Shown here: positions 18,965-28,774 of the stretch, in pieces | Layout: every line of letters begins with the position of its first letter | Numbering within the stretch: position 1 is the stretch's first letter | Position numbers and translations under genes: made by a program | Source of the DNA: Promethearchaeota archaeon | GTDB lineage: Archaea; Asgardarchaeota; Lokiarchaeia; Sigyniarchaeales; SOKP01 | Reading direction: 5' to 3' | Assembly: GCA_048938025.1 (NCBI GenBank) | Contig: JBHLMP010000038.1 | Span: 2,112 to 36,325 of the forward strand | Length of the DNA stretch: 34,214 nucleotides | Notes under the pieces: model-generated | Database searches by the model: none | What the model was told of the DNA's origin: nothing | Seen by the model: only the letters and a program-made list of their open reading frames with translations

Positions 18965-20827
18965 TTAACCCTTTATGGCTTTACCACTATCTAATTTATC
19001 TAAATCTTTTTCTTGAAGTTCACGTCGTTGTACTTTACCCGTCGCACTAACTGGCATTCTGCGTACAATTTCAATATATTTTGGTGATTTCCATTTAGCC
19101 ATGTTATTCAGACACCATTCTTTTAATTGGTCAATTGTGATATCTCTGTCTATCTTATAGCCTTTCTTTAAAGTTACCCATGCTTTTACAGCTTCTCCAG
19201 TCATTTCATCTGGAAGTCCAGCTACACCTACCTCATCTACCATTTCATGATGCCCCATTAACTCTTCCACTTCTTTTGGAAAAACTGAATGGCCAGAAAC
19301 CTTTATTAAGGATTTTTTACGATCACGGATTTCTACGAATCCATGCTCATCCATAAATCCAATATCTCCAGTCAAAAGCCAACTCTTACCACCCCAATTT
19401 TTTAGATTATCTTCCTGTTCTTTTTGTACACCTAAATATCCTAGCATTATATGTGGACCAGCACAACATATTTCTCCGGTATTTTCAATCCCAAAACCTC
19501 CTTTTTCTTTAGTTCCATCAGCCAAAGGACCAGCCTCAAAATTATCAGAAGGAAAGATAGCCCAATCTGCACCAGGTATAGGTAGTCCTAATTTTCCTGT
19601 TTTATATGGACCCCAATAAGGAGCTACACTATGGATAGGCGAAGTTTCTGTTAATCCATAGCCTACTCGTATTGGACAGAAGACCTCTTCAAATGGTTCA
19701 CGTACATAAGTATGTAAGGGACCAGCACCGCTCGAAGCGTATTTCAGCTTTTTCCAAAAATCATATTTGTTCTTAAATTCTTCAACACCCATCTCTTGTA
19801 CAAAATCTGCTAAACGCTTAAACAACATTTCTACGCCAACGTATATCATTCCTTGTGGAGCATCTAATTTATTTATTGTTTCGCATAATGCCTCATCATT
19901 TGGTGGTTTAGGGAAAAGAAGCATCTGCATTCCTAAATTTAAAGCTCCATTCATTACACAAGTCATTCCAAAACTGTGAAAAAATGGGAGACTTCCAATC
20001 GTGATCATACCCGGAGTTAATTTCACCCATTCTTTAATCATATAGATATTAGAGACTAAATTCGCATGACTGAGCATTGCAACTTTAGGTAATCCTGTAG
20101 TACCACCAGTCATAAGATACACAGCTGGAGTAGTCCATGGATCAATTTCAACCTTGATTTCTTTAGGTTCTGTATTTTCTATTATATCACCCATCCAATA
20201 TACTTTATAGTTCTCGGTCTCATCAGGTATCTTATCTTTTGCGTTTGGAATCCCTAGTTTTTGAATTGTTTCTTCATCAGCAGTGAGGAAATCTACAAAA
20301 TTTGTTGGGATTAAATATTTAACACTTGATTTTGGGAGAACGTCTTTAGGACCTGCAATATAGAGCATATCCATCATAACAAACACTTTAGCGTTAGTCA
20401 TTGTTAAGGAGTGTAAAAGTTCCATTGGTCGATAAGTTGGATTAATACCTTGCGCTATTGCCCCTATATATTGGCAACCCATATAAGCGACGACAAAATT
20501 AATAGAATTTGGGAGATCAATTGCCACAACATCTCCTTGTCTAATTCCTAAATTATCGTAGAGAAATGTACCAAATCTTTTGGCTAAATTAAAAAGAGTT
20601 CTAAGTTTTACACGCTCTATATATGGTCCATATACAAATACACAAATATCAAAATCCCAAGTCCCATAATAATCAGCTGAGTTCAAATAACCCTCCCACA
20701 TCGGAGTAATATCAATACCGTCGACGTCTTTTAGTTGTTTTGGAACGCCTTCTGGCCAGTAACCCTCCGTAAACCATACTTTATTCTCATCAACTAAAAA
20801 GTCTTCTAAACTTGTCACTTTTCTCAC
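18965..20827 (-). CDS. Long-chain fatty acid--CoA ligase (AMP-binding family)
   Basis: MTGGTTGLPK, LPFFHSFG, GYGLTETSP, TGDIG, DRKKSLIKVSG, GEAVKA, MPVSATGKVQRREL. Confidence 0.93.
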   Translation of the reverse strand: MRKVTSLEDFLVDENKVWFTEGYWPEGVPKQLKDVDGIDITPMWEGYLNSADYYGTWDFDICVFVYGPYIERVKLRTLFNLAKRFGTFLYDNLGIRQGDVVAIDLPNSINFVVAYMGCQYIGAIAQGINPTYRPMELLHSLTMTNAKVFVMMDMLYIAGPKDVLPKSSVKYLIPTNFVDFLTADEETIQKLGIPNAKDKIPDETENYKVYWMGDIIENTEPKEIKVEIDPWTTPAVYLMTGGTTGLPKVAMLSHANLVSNIYMIKEWVKLTPGMITIGSLPFFHSFGMTCVMNGALNLGMQMLLFPKPPNDEALCETINKLDAPQGMIYVGVEMLFKRLADFVQEMGVEEFKNKYDFWKKLKYASSGAGPLHTYVREPFEEVFCPIRVGYGLTETSPIHSVAPYWGPYKTGKLGLPIPGADWAIFPSDNFEAGPLADGTKEKGGFGIENTGEICCAGPHIMLGYLGVQKEQEDNLKNWGGKSWLLTGDIGFMDEHGFVEIRDRKKSLIKVSGHSVFPKEVEELMGHHEMVDEVGVAGLPDEMTGEAVKAWVTLKKGYKIDRDITIDQLKEWCLNNMAKWKSPKYIEIVRRMPVSATGKVQRRELQEKDLDKLDSGKAIKG

Positions 20828-20965
20828 TTTTTAATAGTAAATTTTAATTTTATAAAATGATAGGTAAATTTTCTATTATTATAATAATGATTGATATACT
20901 ATTATATAATAATTTAACTTGATTTATCCATAAGATCTTAATTGAATTAACATTTTTGAAAATAA

Positions 20966-21823
20966 ATGGGTTTTAAAGAGAAATTTAAGGAAAAGTTAAA
21001 AGATTCGTTAACAGAAGAAGAATTATCCGTTCTTCCAAGGGGATTTCAAACTTTAGGAAAAGTTATAATTTTTAAATTAAATCCAAGATTGATTCAGAAA
21101 AAAGAAATTATCGGAAAAGCATATTTAGAATTGTTTCCGAATATTAGATCCATTTATATTAATCTAGGTAGAATTATAGGGCCATTTAGGGAACCAGAAA
21201 AAATTGAATATATCGCGGGAATAGAAGATCCTATTGTCGAACATAAGGAGCATGGAGTAATTTATAGATTTGACATTACAAAAATTATGTTTAGTAAGGG
21301 TAATGTTAATGAAAGAAAGTATTTATCCACTTTAGTTAAAGATGGAGAAACTATTGTTGATATGTTTGCGGGTATAGGTTATTTTTCATTACCAATTGCT
21401 AAACACTCATCACCTAAAAAGATATATAGTATTGAAATTAATCCTGTTTCTCATAAATTCTTAGTGGAGAATATAAAGATTAATCATCTAGAAGATATAA
21501 TTATTCCAATTCTAGGAGACAGTAAAAAAGAGGTTCTTAACCTTAGCAGATCAAAAATAAAGGCTGATAGAATAATAATGGGCATTCTACCTTCTCCAAA
21601 AGATTTTATAAATGAAGCATTATCATTAACAAATGATAATGGGAGTGTAATTCATTATGAAGGTGTAGTGAATAAAGAAGAGTTTATGTCACTATTTGAA
21701 GATTTCAATGAAGAAGCGAAAAACATTGGATATCAAACCGAATTAAAAGCTAATAGAATTATAAAAAGTTATGGTCCAAATTTGTTCCATACAGTATTGG
21801 ATATACTTGCTTATAAAGAATAA
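20966..21823 (+). CDS. taw2: Trm5/Taw2(TYW2)-family tRNA modification SAM-dependent transferase
   Basis: HKEHGVIYRFDITKIMFSKGNVNER, VDMFAGIGYFSLP, IEINP, ADRIIMG, IHYEG, IKSYGP. Confidence 0.8.
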   Translation: MGFKEKFKEKLKDSLTEEELSVLPRGFQTLGKVIIFKLNPRLIQKKEIIGKAYLELFPNIRSIYINLGRIIGPFREPEKIEYIAGIEDPIVEHKEHGVIYRFDITKIMFSKGNVNERKYLSTLVKDGETIVDMFAGIGYFSLPIAKHSSPKKIYSIEINPVSHKFLVENIKINHLEDIIIPILGDSKKEVLNLSRSKIKADRIIMGILPSPKDFINEALSLTNDNGSVIHYEGVVNKEEFMSLFEDFNEEAKNIGYQTELKANRIIKSYGPNLFHTVLDILAYKE

Positions 21824-21947
21824 AATATTTATTTCATATTAAAAAGTTAGATAATTTTATTTATTGAATAAAAGAACTAGATATTATAGATTAATAAGAT
21901 ATAAAAAATTTAGATTGTTCGAAATCAAAGTTTGGAATTGAATAAAA

Positions 21948-23207
21948 TTGCAAGAAATGATTACTCTTGGTCTTGATTATAGTCATAATAATATATTAAC
22001 GCTTGAAGCTTCAAGTTATGCCGATTTCACTCAATTTTTATTTACTTCTGGTTTTAAATTAGGCAAAATTGAAGCTGGTTTTGATTTATTAGTTAATTTT
22101 GAAAAATATGATGCTATTATCCTCTCAACACCAAAAAATATAAATTTGAGACCAAATGAAATTGAGAATCTTGAAAATTATGTTAAAAATGGAGGCAGTC
22201 TTCTGATCTTTAGTTCAAGTGGTGGAGATTATACAAATAAGACTAATTTGAATGAATTAACTCAAAGGTTTGGATTTGAGTTTGAATCAGATGAAGTTAA
22301 TGATTCAATGAATTATGTTTTTCTACAAAAAAGACCAATTCTAACTAAAATTAAGCCACATTTTACTACTGAACAAGTAAAAAAGATAGTTTTTTCCAGT
22401 AGTTGCTCAACTAAAATTTTTGACTTTATTGAAGATGATAAAAATATCAAAATTGAAAAATTAGTAAGACTAGGAATAAATGGTTGGCGTAAGAAATATG
22501 ATGGAGAGAAATGGATTGAAGAGGACAGTCCTAAATTACCATTGATGGTTGTTATTGAATATTTTAAAGGGAAAGTTGTAGCTTTTGGTAATTCAAGCAT
22601 ATTTTCTTCTTTAGGACAAGAATATGGATTTACTGCTTTTGATAATAATATATTAATCGCAAATATTATAAGATGGCTGGTAATGGATGTAGAATCTAAA
22701 GGAAAAATAATTACTGTAGAATTAGATTTGGATTTATTCTATTGGGGTAAAAGTGTTATAGAGAAGGATAATTGGAGTAATTTCTCAGATCTTATTAATG
22801 TTGGTCTTAAAAATTTCAAAGATAATTATAATGATATAATAGATACAATTAAAAAGATGAAAAAAGAAAAATTAGAAAAAAGAAAAGCATATGAAAAAGC
22901 GAGGGCGATAGAGGAAATTACTGATGAAAAAATCCTTGAAAAAATACCTGAACCTGTTAGAAAACGAGAAGATCTTGAAGATATTATGAGTGCATTAGAA
23001 GAAATTACTGGAGAAACATATGAACTTTCTATTGATTTTGAAGATGAACAAGAAGAAGAAGAGATGAGTTTGCCATCAGGATTAACTTATTCCAACGATG
23101 ATATTATAGAATTTGAAAAAGGTTATCCTAAAAAAGCTATCTGGCACGGTAAAGCAACAAAAGCTTTTATAGAATGGTTAAAAAAAAAGGATGAGGATTC
23201 AAGCTAA
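21948..23207 (+). CDS. GIFT/DUF4350-like (IFT52 N-terminal-like) domain fused to a ribbon-helix-helix, a charged linker and a short C-terminal motif
   Basis: LDYSHNN, YDAIILSTP, EIENLENYVKNGGSLLIFSSSGGD..TNLNELTQRFGFEFESDEV, GKVVAFGNSSIF, FDNNILIANIIRWL. Then ITVELDLDLFYWGKSVIEKDNWSNFSDLINVGLKNF. Confidence 0.65.
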   Translation: MQEMITLGLDYSHNNILTLEASSYADFTQFLFTSGFKLGKIEAGFDLLVNFEKYDAIILSTPKNINLRPNEIENLENYVKNGGSLLIFSSSGGDYTNKTNLNELTQRFGFEFESDEVNDSMNYVFLQKRPILTKIKPHFTTEQVKKIVFSSSCSTKIFDFIEDDKNIKIEKLVRLGINGWRKKYDGEKWIEEDSPKLPLMVVIEYFKGKVVAFGNSSIFSSLGQEYGFTAFDNNILIANIIRWLVMDVESKGKIITVELDLDLFYWGKSVIEKDNWSNFSDLINVGLKNFKDNYNDIIDTIKKMKKEKLEKRKAYEKARAIEEITDEKILEKIPEPVRKREDLEDIMSALEEITGETYELSIDFEDEQEEEEMSLPSGLTYSNDDIIEFEKGYPKKAIWHGKATKAFIEWLKKKDEDSS

Positions 23208-23280
23208 GAGAAACTTTTCTTCTATAATCATAAAATAGAAATAAAATGAAATATTTTCTTTTTCAGGAAATTCTGTTCGC

Positions 23281-24687
23281 TTGATTATGGATGACTTTTT
23301 ATTTGTTTTAGGAAGTAATTGGCAATTATCATTAGCGGAACTTGATAATTGTCTCAAAAACTCAGAATTTAAAGGTAGGATAAAAGATTATTCTGCGAAT
23401 ATTGCAATAGTAGAATTTGATAGTCTGATTAGAGATAAATATTATGTAAATAAATTAATGGAACTTCAATTTATGTTAGGTGGTTGCCAAAAAATTGGTA
23501 AAATCTATGAATTTATCAATATTCACACAATTTTCAATGCCTTTCCATTTAAAATAGAAAAATTCAAAGAGGTTGATAGAACCAGATTTAAAATATTAAA
23601 TGTCATGGAAAAAGTTCTTACTGAGATATTTCCAAAAATTCAGAGTAAAAATCTTTTTTATGCAGTCTCTATTTACCCAAATCTTTTTGATGATGATTAT
23701 TATTCAAAAATTTTGGTGAAATATTTTTTACCTTTCTTAAATAAAGAAATAATGGGACTTTTGAAACAAAAAGGCGCACAAAAGGCACTATATTATCAAT
23801 ACCCTGAAAAAAATATAAAATCAGGGAACCTAAATCCAATATTCCCTCATATTGTAATTAAATATGGTTTACTAAACGAAGATAGAGCAGAAATAATTTT
23901 TGGGTTTACTGAAGAGGGTTTATATATAGCAAGAACTTTCACAACTGATGATCCCAATTTTAAGAGAAAAATTGATGAAGAAAGACCTTTTAAGGAGTTT
24001 AAAAGTAGTATATCGCCAAAATTAGCACTAATGATGCTGAATTTCTTGAATTTATTTGAAAAACGAGAAGAGAAGAAGATTCTAGACCCATTTGTTGGCA
24101 ATGGGACTATTCTATTGTTTGCCTTAATACAGGATTTTCAAATATATGGTTCTGATAATGATCCTCAAAAAGTAGAAAACACAATCCGAAATATTAATTG
24201 GTTACTAGAAGAATTAGAAGAACCTATTCCTCTTTTATTAGATGAGAGAATTAAGAGAATAGATGCTGAGAATTTATCTGAAAATTTTAAACCTAACTTT
24301 TTTGATGGTATCTCTACTGAGCCTACATTAGGTCCCTATTATCATAAACAACCTTATTATAGTCAGGTAAAAGAATTAATAGAAACTGAATTAGAACCGT
24401 TATATAATGTAATTTTTAGAGAAGCATATAAGTTATTAAAGTCTAACAGAAGAATTTGCATTGTAGCACCAATTTTTAGCACTATGGATGGAGGAGATAT
24501 TCAAATAAATATCAATAAAATTGCTATAAATAATAGATTTAAATCAATACCAATGATAGATGCTAATAGAATTATTAACAAATCAAATCAAAAGTTACAA
24601 TTTCGAAAGCAGAGTATGAGAAATCTAATTGATGCTAAAAAAGATCAAGTTATTAAAAGAAAAATTTATGTTTTCGAAAAAAAATAG
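23281..24687 (+). CDS. Trm11/TrmG10-like RNA methyltransferase (THUMP-type N-terminus + class I MTase)
   Basis: LSLAEL, DEERP...SISPKLALMMLN, ILDPFVGNGTIL, IYGSDND, DGISTEPTLG. Confidence 0.75.
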   Translation: MIMDDFLFVLGSNWQLSLAELDNCLKNSEFKGRIKDYSANIAIVEFDSLIRDKYYVNKLMELQFMLGGCQKIGKIYEFINIHTIFNAFPFKIEKFKEVDRTRFKILNVMEKVLTEIFPKIQSKNLFYAVSIYPNLFDDDYYSKILVKYFLPFLNKEIMGLLKQKGAQKALYYQYPEKNIKSGNLNPIFPHIVIKYGLLNEDRAEIIFGFTEEGLYIARTFTTDDPNFKRKIDEERPFKEFKSSISPKLALMMLNFLNLFEKREEKKILDPFVGNGTILLFALIQDFQIYGSDNDPQKVENTIRNINWLLEELEEPIPLLLDERIKRIDAENLSENFKPNFFDGISTEPTLGPYYHKQPYYSQVKELIETELEPLYNVIFREAYKLLKSNRRICIVAPIFSTMDGGDIQININKIAINNRFKSIPMIDANRIINKSNQKLQFRKQSMRNLIDAKKDQVIKRKIYVFEKK

Positions 24688-24698
24688 TAATTCGAACA

Positions 24699-25373
24699 TT
24701 GATGTTAATGAAATATTCAGAAATCTTAGATAAAGTTGAAACTGCATTAGAAGGAGAAGCTCATTTAGATGAGCTAGCTAGGGAAAGACAAGATCCATTT
24801 AAAATTTTGATTTCAACAATACTTTCAGCAAGAACTAGAGATGCTAACACAAGGGAAGCAACTGAAACTTTATTTGCGAAATTTAATACCCCCAAAAAAA
24901 TAGCAGAAGCTGATATTGAGATACTTGAAAATTTGATCTATAAGTCAGGTTTTTATAAAGTTAAGGCTGCTAGAATAAAAGAAGTATCTCAAGTTTTATT
25001 AGAAAAATACAATGGAAAAGTTCCTGATAACTTTAAAGAATTAATGAGCCTTCCCGGAGTTGGTGCGAAAACTGCTAATTGTGTACTTGTTTACGCTTTT
25101 AAAATTCCTGCAATACCTGTTGATACACACGTACATAGAATTAGTAATCGAATTGGATGGGTTAATACCAAGAATCCAGAAAAAACAGAAAATGCTTTAA
25201 AAGATCTTATTCCTAAAAATCAATGGATCAGATTGAATCGGATCTTCGTTAAATTTGGGCAGGAAATTTGCTTACCTAATAACCCCAAACATGAAATCTG
25301 CCCAATAGAAGATATATGCCCAAAAGATTTTTCAATGGAATTAGCATTAAAGAAAAAAAGAGAAAAAAAGTAA
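24699..25373 (+). CDS. nth: Endonuclease III
   Basis: DPFKILISTILSARTRD, GFYKVKA, HhH LPGVGAKTA, PVDTHVHRISNRIG, and a C-terminal cluster motif. Confidence 0.93.
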   Translation: MMLMKYSEILDKVETALEGEAHLDELARERQDPFKILISTILSARTRDANTREATETLFAKFNTPKKIAEADIEILENLIYKSGFYKVKAARIKEVSQVLLEKYNGKVPDNFKELMSLPGVGAKTANCVLVYAFKIPAIPVDTHVHRISNRIGWVNTKNPEKTENALKDLIPKNQWIRLNRIFVKFGQEICLPNNPKHEICPIEDICPKDFSMELALKKKREKK

Positions 25374-25432
25374 ACTAAAAGTGTTAAATACTATGGAAAA
25401 AAACTATGATTCTTATTATGGTTTATATTGTT

Positions 25433-26014
25433 TTAATAATGGTTTAAATCTTTATCTTTCTGCTTAAAAAGTAAACCAAATAAAACACCGCCAAGTAATC
25501 CAAATAAGTGAGCCCACAAATTAATCTCTGGTGCTAATGAAGTGGCTATAAAAAATAAGATATAAAGAAGTGCTAGAAAAAGAAGAGATCTATCCTCAGT
25601 TACAACTAAAACAAAGGTTGCACCTATTAACCCAAAAATTGCTCCTGATGCTCCTAAACTGATACTATCTAAAGGCAATAAAATTAAAGAAAAGAGATTT
25701 CCAATTACTCCTGAAATAAAATAGATAAATATATATTCAACTTTCGAATAAACACGACTATTCTCAATTGTTGCACCGAATAATAGTAGACCAATCATAT
25801 TTGAGAATAAATGAATAATATCTATATGAAGAAATATTGGTGTGAAAATTCTCCAAATTTCATGATCTTCAATAATATTTCTATTTATTTGAACAAATAG
25901 GATAAGATCTTGTTTTAGAATTAGGTTGAAAGTGATATAGCAAAAAATATTAATAAAAATTAGAAGTACTGTAATTTTAGCATCCTTTAAGTTCTTTGGA
26001 TCTAAGACTAACAT
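25433..26014 (-). CDS. Rhomboid family intramembrane serine protease
   Basis: WRIFTPIFLH..IIHLFSNM, catalytic GASGAIFG and AHLFGLLGG. Confidence 0.93.
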   Translation of the reverse strand: MLVLDPKNLKDAKITVLLIFINIFCYITFNLILKQDLILFVQINRNIIEDHEIWRIFTPIFLHIDIIHLFSNMIGLLLFGATIENSRVYSKVEYIFIYFISGVIGNLFSLILLPLDSISLGASGAIFGLIGATFVLVVTEDRSLLFLALLYILFFIATSLAPEINLWAHLFGLLGGVLFGLLFKQKDKDLNHY

Positions 26015-26100
26015 GATTATTATGTCATATAGAAAATCTTAAAAATAATTATAACAAAATATAATAATTTAAATTGACATTATATTTTTAGTAATAAAAG

Positions 26101-27303
26101 TTGATTAATTTGGACAAAAGCGTAAAATTTGTCGAAAAAAAAAGAAGGTTATTAGATTCTTTAATTAAGAATGAGATTCTAAGAGATAAGAGACTCTATA
26201 AGGCTTTTTTAGAAGTTCCCCTCGAAGAATTTATTCCAAAGAAATTCATGCCGTATGCTAAACTTTATTACGATGTTCCAAATGTTTTTTATTATAATGA
26301 GAGTAATCCAAAAAGTTATAGAACTATTTCTGCCCCCCATATGATTACCATCATGCTTCAAGGTTTGGCATTGGAGCCTTCTGATGATCTATTGATATTA
26401 GGGGCTAAAAGTGGATATATTTCTGCTCTCGCACATAAATTAGCACCTAAAGGTGAAATTATTGTACTTGAAGCAAATTCAGACATAGCAAAAGTTACTT
26501 CTGACAACTTAGAAAGATTGAAATTAGATAATAATATAACCGTAATAGTAAAAAATCCACTTCTTGGCATGCCCGAATTATGTCCTTGGCAGAAAATTTT
26601 AGTAACTGGAGCAATAAAACAATCAAAAATACATCCTTTATTAAAACAACTCGATCCTAATGATGGTGTTTTATATGCCCCAATTGGAGAAGATTTTGTT
26701 CAATTCTATACTCAAATCTTAAGAATGAATGAAGAATTCTTTGGAAAAAGACAACTTCAGGTAAGATTTACCCCTTTAATAACGCAATTAGAATTGAATG
26801 AATTAGAATTAATAACTGATTTTGACGAGTTGGAAATTAAAGAAGAACATTCTAAAATTGATCAACCTGAAAGAATAGAAGTAAAATACGCTTCAAAAAT
26901 TTTTGAGAATGTAAAATTACAACCAGAGCCCGAATTCAAACCAGTTGATATTAAACAGCGTGATAATGTAATCTCTCATTTAGAAGATATAGAAAAAAAT
27001 GTTAAGAATTTGAAAAAAGAAGGAGATATTGAAAAATGCTTTAGTTATGTTGAAAATATCGAATCTAACTTGGAAATTCTTAAAAATTACAAAAAAAATT
27101 TTGAAATAAAACTAAAAAAAATGCAAAATATATTGAATCAGATAAGATCATATAATATTATAAGAAAAGAATTAGAGAATAGAGAAATAGATGATTCTAC
27201 AGTTATAGACAAAAAAATTGAAATTATAAATAAACAGATTGCAGAAATTAATAATTTAGATGAAATATTGAGAAATGAGGTTGAGCGAATTAAATCTCTT
27301 TAG
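26101..27303 (+). CDS. pcm: Protein-L-isoaspartate O-methyltransferase-like protein with long C-terminal coiled-coil extension
   Basis: AFLEVPLEEFIP, TISAPHM, LILGAKSGY, PWQKILVTGA, LLKQL..GVLYAPIG, VRFTPL, followed by about 170 E/K/I/L-rich residues. Confidence 0.75.
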   Translation: MINLDKSVKFVEKKRRLLDSLIKNEILRDKRLYKAFLEVPLEEFIPKKFMPYAKLYYDVPNVFYYNESNPKSYRTISAPHMITIMLQGLALEPSDDLLILGAKSGYISALAHKLAPKGEIIVLEANSDIAKVTSDNLERLKLDNNITVIVKNPLLGMPELCPWQKILVTGAIKQSKIHPLLKQLDPNDGVLYAPIGEDFVQFYTQILRMNEEFFGKRQLQVRFTPLITQLELNELELITDFDELEIKEEHSKIDQPERIEVKYASKIFENVKLQPEPEFKPVDIKQRDNVISHLEDIEKNVKNLKKEGDIEKCFSYVENIESNLEILKNYKKNFEIKLKKMQNILNQIRSYNIIRKELENREIDDSTVIDKKIEIINKQIAEINNLDEILRNEVERIKSL

Positions 27304-27391
27304 ATTCTTTCTATATTAATTTATTTTTAATATTTTCAACCATTTTCAAAATATTTAATCTATTATTTAAAAGAAATAAAAAAGAAAATTT

Positions 27392-27904
27392 TTAATCCTT
27401 TAAAAATGCTAAAACAGCTTTCATAAATTCTGGTAAGTCATCAGGCATTCTTGATGTTATCAAATTATTATCGATAACAACAGGGGAATCTTCAAATTTA
27501 GCACCTGCATTTATCATATCATCTTTTATTGCAAAGTAACTTGTAGCTCTTCTGTCTTTAACAATCTTTGCAGAAATTAAAACCCAACCTGCATGGCAGA
27601 TACTTCCAATTAATTTTTTGGTCTCATTGATTCTAACTACAAAATTCAAAACATCTTTATCTCTTCTCAAATAATCAGGATTTTTTGTACCACCGGGAAT
27701 TATTACTCCATCATAATCGTCTGGATTTACCTCTCTTATTAATTTATCAGGTTTAATTGGATATCCATGTTTACCTTTAATTTCTCTTCTATGTAAGCTA
27801 ATTAATTCCGTTTCGTAGCCAGCTTCATTTAATCGAATACGAGGATAATGCAATTCTAAATCTTCATATCCATCAGTAGCTAAAATTGCTATTTTCTTTA
27901 CCAT
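27392..27904 (-). CDS. pfpI: PfpI/DJ-1 family protease/deglycase
   Basis: DGYEDLEL.YP, YDGVIIPGG, ICHAGW (catalytic Cys-His), LITSRMPDDLP. Confidence 0.93.
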   Translation of the reverse strand: MVKKIAILATDGYEDLELHYPRIRLNEAGYETELISLHRREIKGKHGYPIKPDKLIREVNPDDYDGVIIPGGTKNPDYLRRDKDVLNFVVRINETKKLIGSICHAGWVLISAKIVKDRRATSYFAIKDDMINAGAKFEDSPVVIDNNLITSRMPDDLPEFMKAVLAFLKD

Positions 27905-27912
27905 TTTCCAAT

Positions 27913-27920
27913 ACCTCCTT
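27913..27920 (-). promoter_or_regulatory. Shine-Dalgarno sequence of pfpI
   Basis: Minus strand AAGGAGGT, 8 nt upstream of the ATG at 27904. Confidence 0.7.
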
Positions 27921-28061
27921 GATTTATTTTAAAATTTTTTTAATACTTCAATTTTATATTACAGAGGATTTCCTTTTTTATTTTATAGGTTATAAAATAT
28001 TATCATTACATTTCTTTTATCCAATAAAGCATAGGTTCAACAGAGGATTTAGATAACAGTA

Positions 28062-28700
28062 CTAATTAAAATTTAAAAAGCCTATATATGCTATTATAAG
28101 CGCCATAATTATCAAAAGAAGATTCATAGGAGCTGGTATAATTCGATTTGGTGTTTTTCTTTTATAATCTTCATAGCTTTTGCCATAGTTTGGAATTAAG
28201 ATTAATTTTTCTTCAAGCATAGCATGTATTTCTAACATAATTAAAACTAAAGGACTTACTAATAAACAAATAAATGAATCTGAGATTATGGCGGCTCCTA
28301 AAAAAATAATACCCCATGCTGAATATATAGGATGTCTTATTAGTTTAAAGATTCCTTTAGTAGTTAATTTAGAGCTAGTTTCATCTATAGCTTTAACTTT
28401 ATATACTTTTCTTGCTCTTTTGGCAAAATTTATACCTATGATAATGAGTGTAATGCCAAATAATGCGAAAAAGATCCAATATTGCTGAAAATAACTAAAA
28501 TTATTAGGGAAATACAATATTAAAAAACTTGAATTAATAATGGGTATTGGTACTATAGATAGTGTCCATATTAGAGGAAATAATTTATAAAATACTTTAA
28601 CCGATTTTCTTTCTTTATCCTTTACTTTTAGTAATAAGATCCAATAAAGGATAAGGTTGAAGATGAAAATTATTAGTAAAATAATCGTTATTAGTAGCAT
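28062..28700 (-). CDS. Isoprenylcysteine carboxyl methyltransferase / PEMT-like membrane methyltransferase
   Basis: LTTKGIFKLIRHPIYS, EEKLIL..YGKSYEDYKRKTPNRIIP, multiple TM segments. Confidence 0.85.
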   Translation of the reverse strand: MLLITIILLIIFIFNLILYWILLLKVKDKERKSVKVFYKLFPLIWTLSIVPIPIINSSFLILYFPNNFSYFQQYWIFFALFGITLIIIGINFAKRARKVYKVKAIDETSSKLTTKGIFKLIRHPIYSAWGIIFLGAAIISDSFICLLVSPLVLIMLEIHAMLEEKLILIPNYGKSYEDYKRKTPNRIIPAPMNLLLIIMALIIAYIGFLNFN

Positions 28701-28774
28701 AGTGTTAATTAATGTAAATTTAAATTTATTTTAATGAATATCCATTCCGTTTTATAATTTCTGATATTGGTATA

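Noticed and set aside
28062-28700. Eukaryote-like CAAX processing link between the ICMT-like gene and the GTPase-like gene
   Set aside because: The GTPase-like protein has no C-terminal Cys motif, the genes are 25 kb apart, and this methyltransferase family is widespread in prokaryotes.
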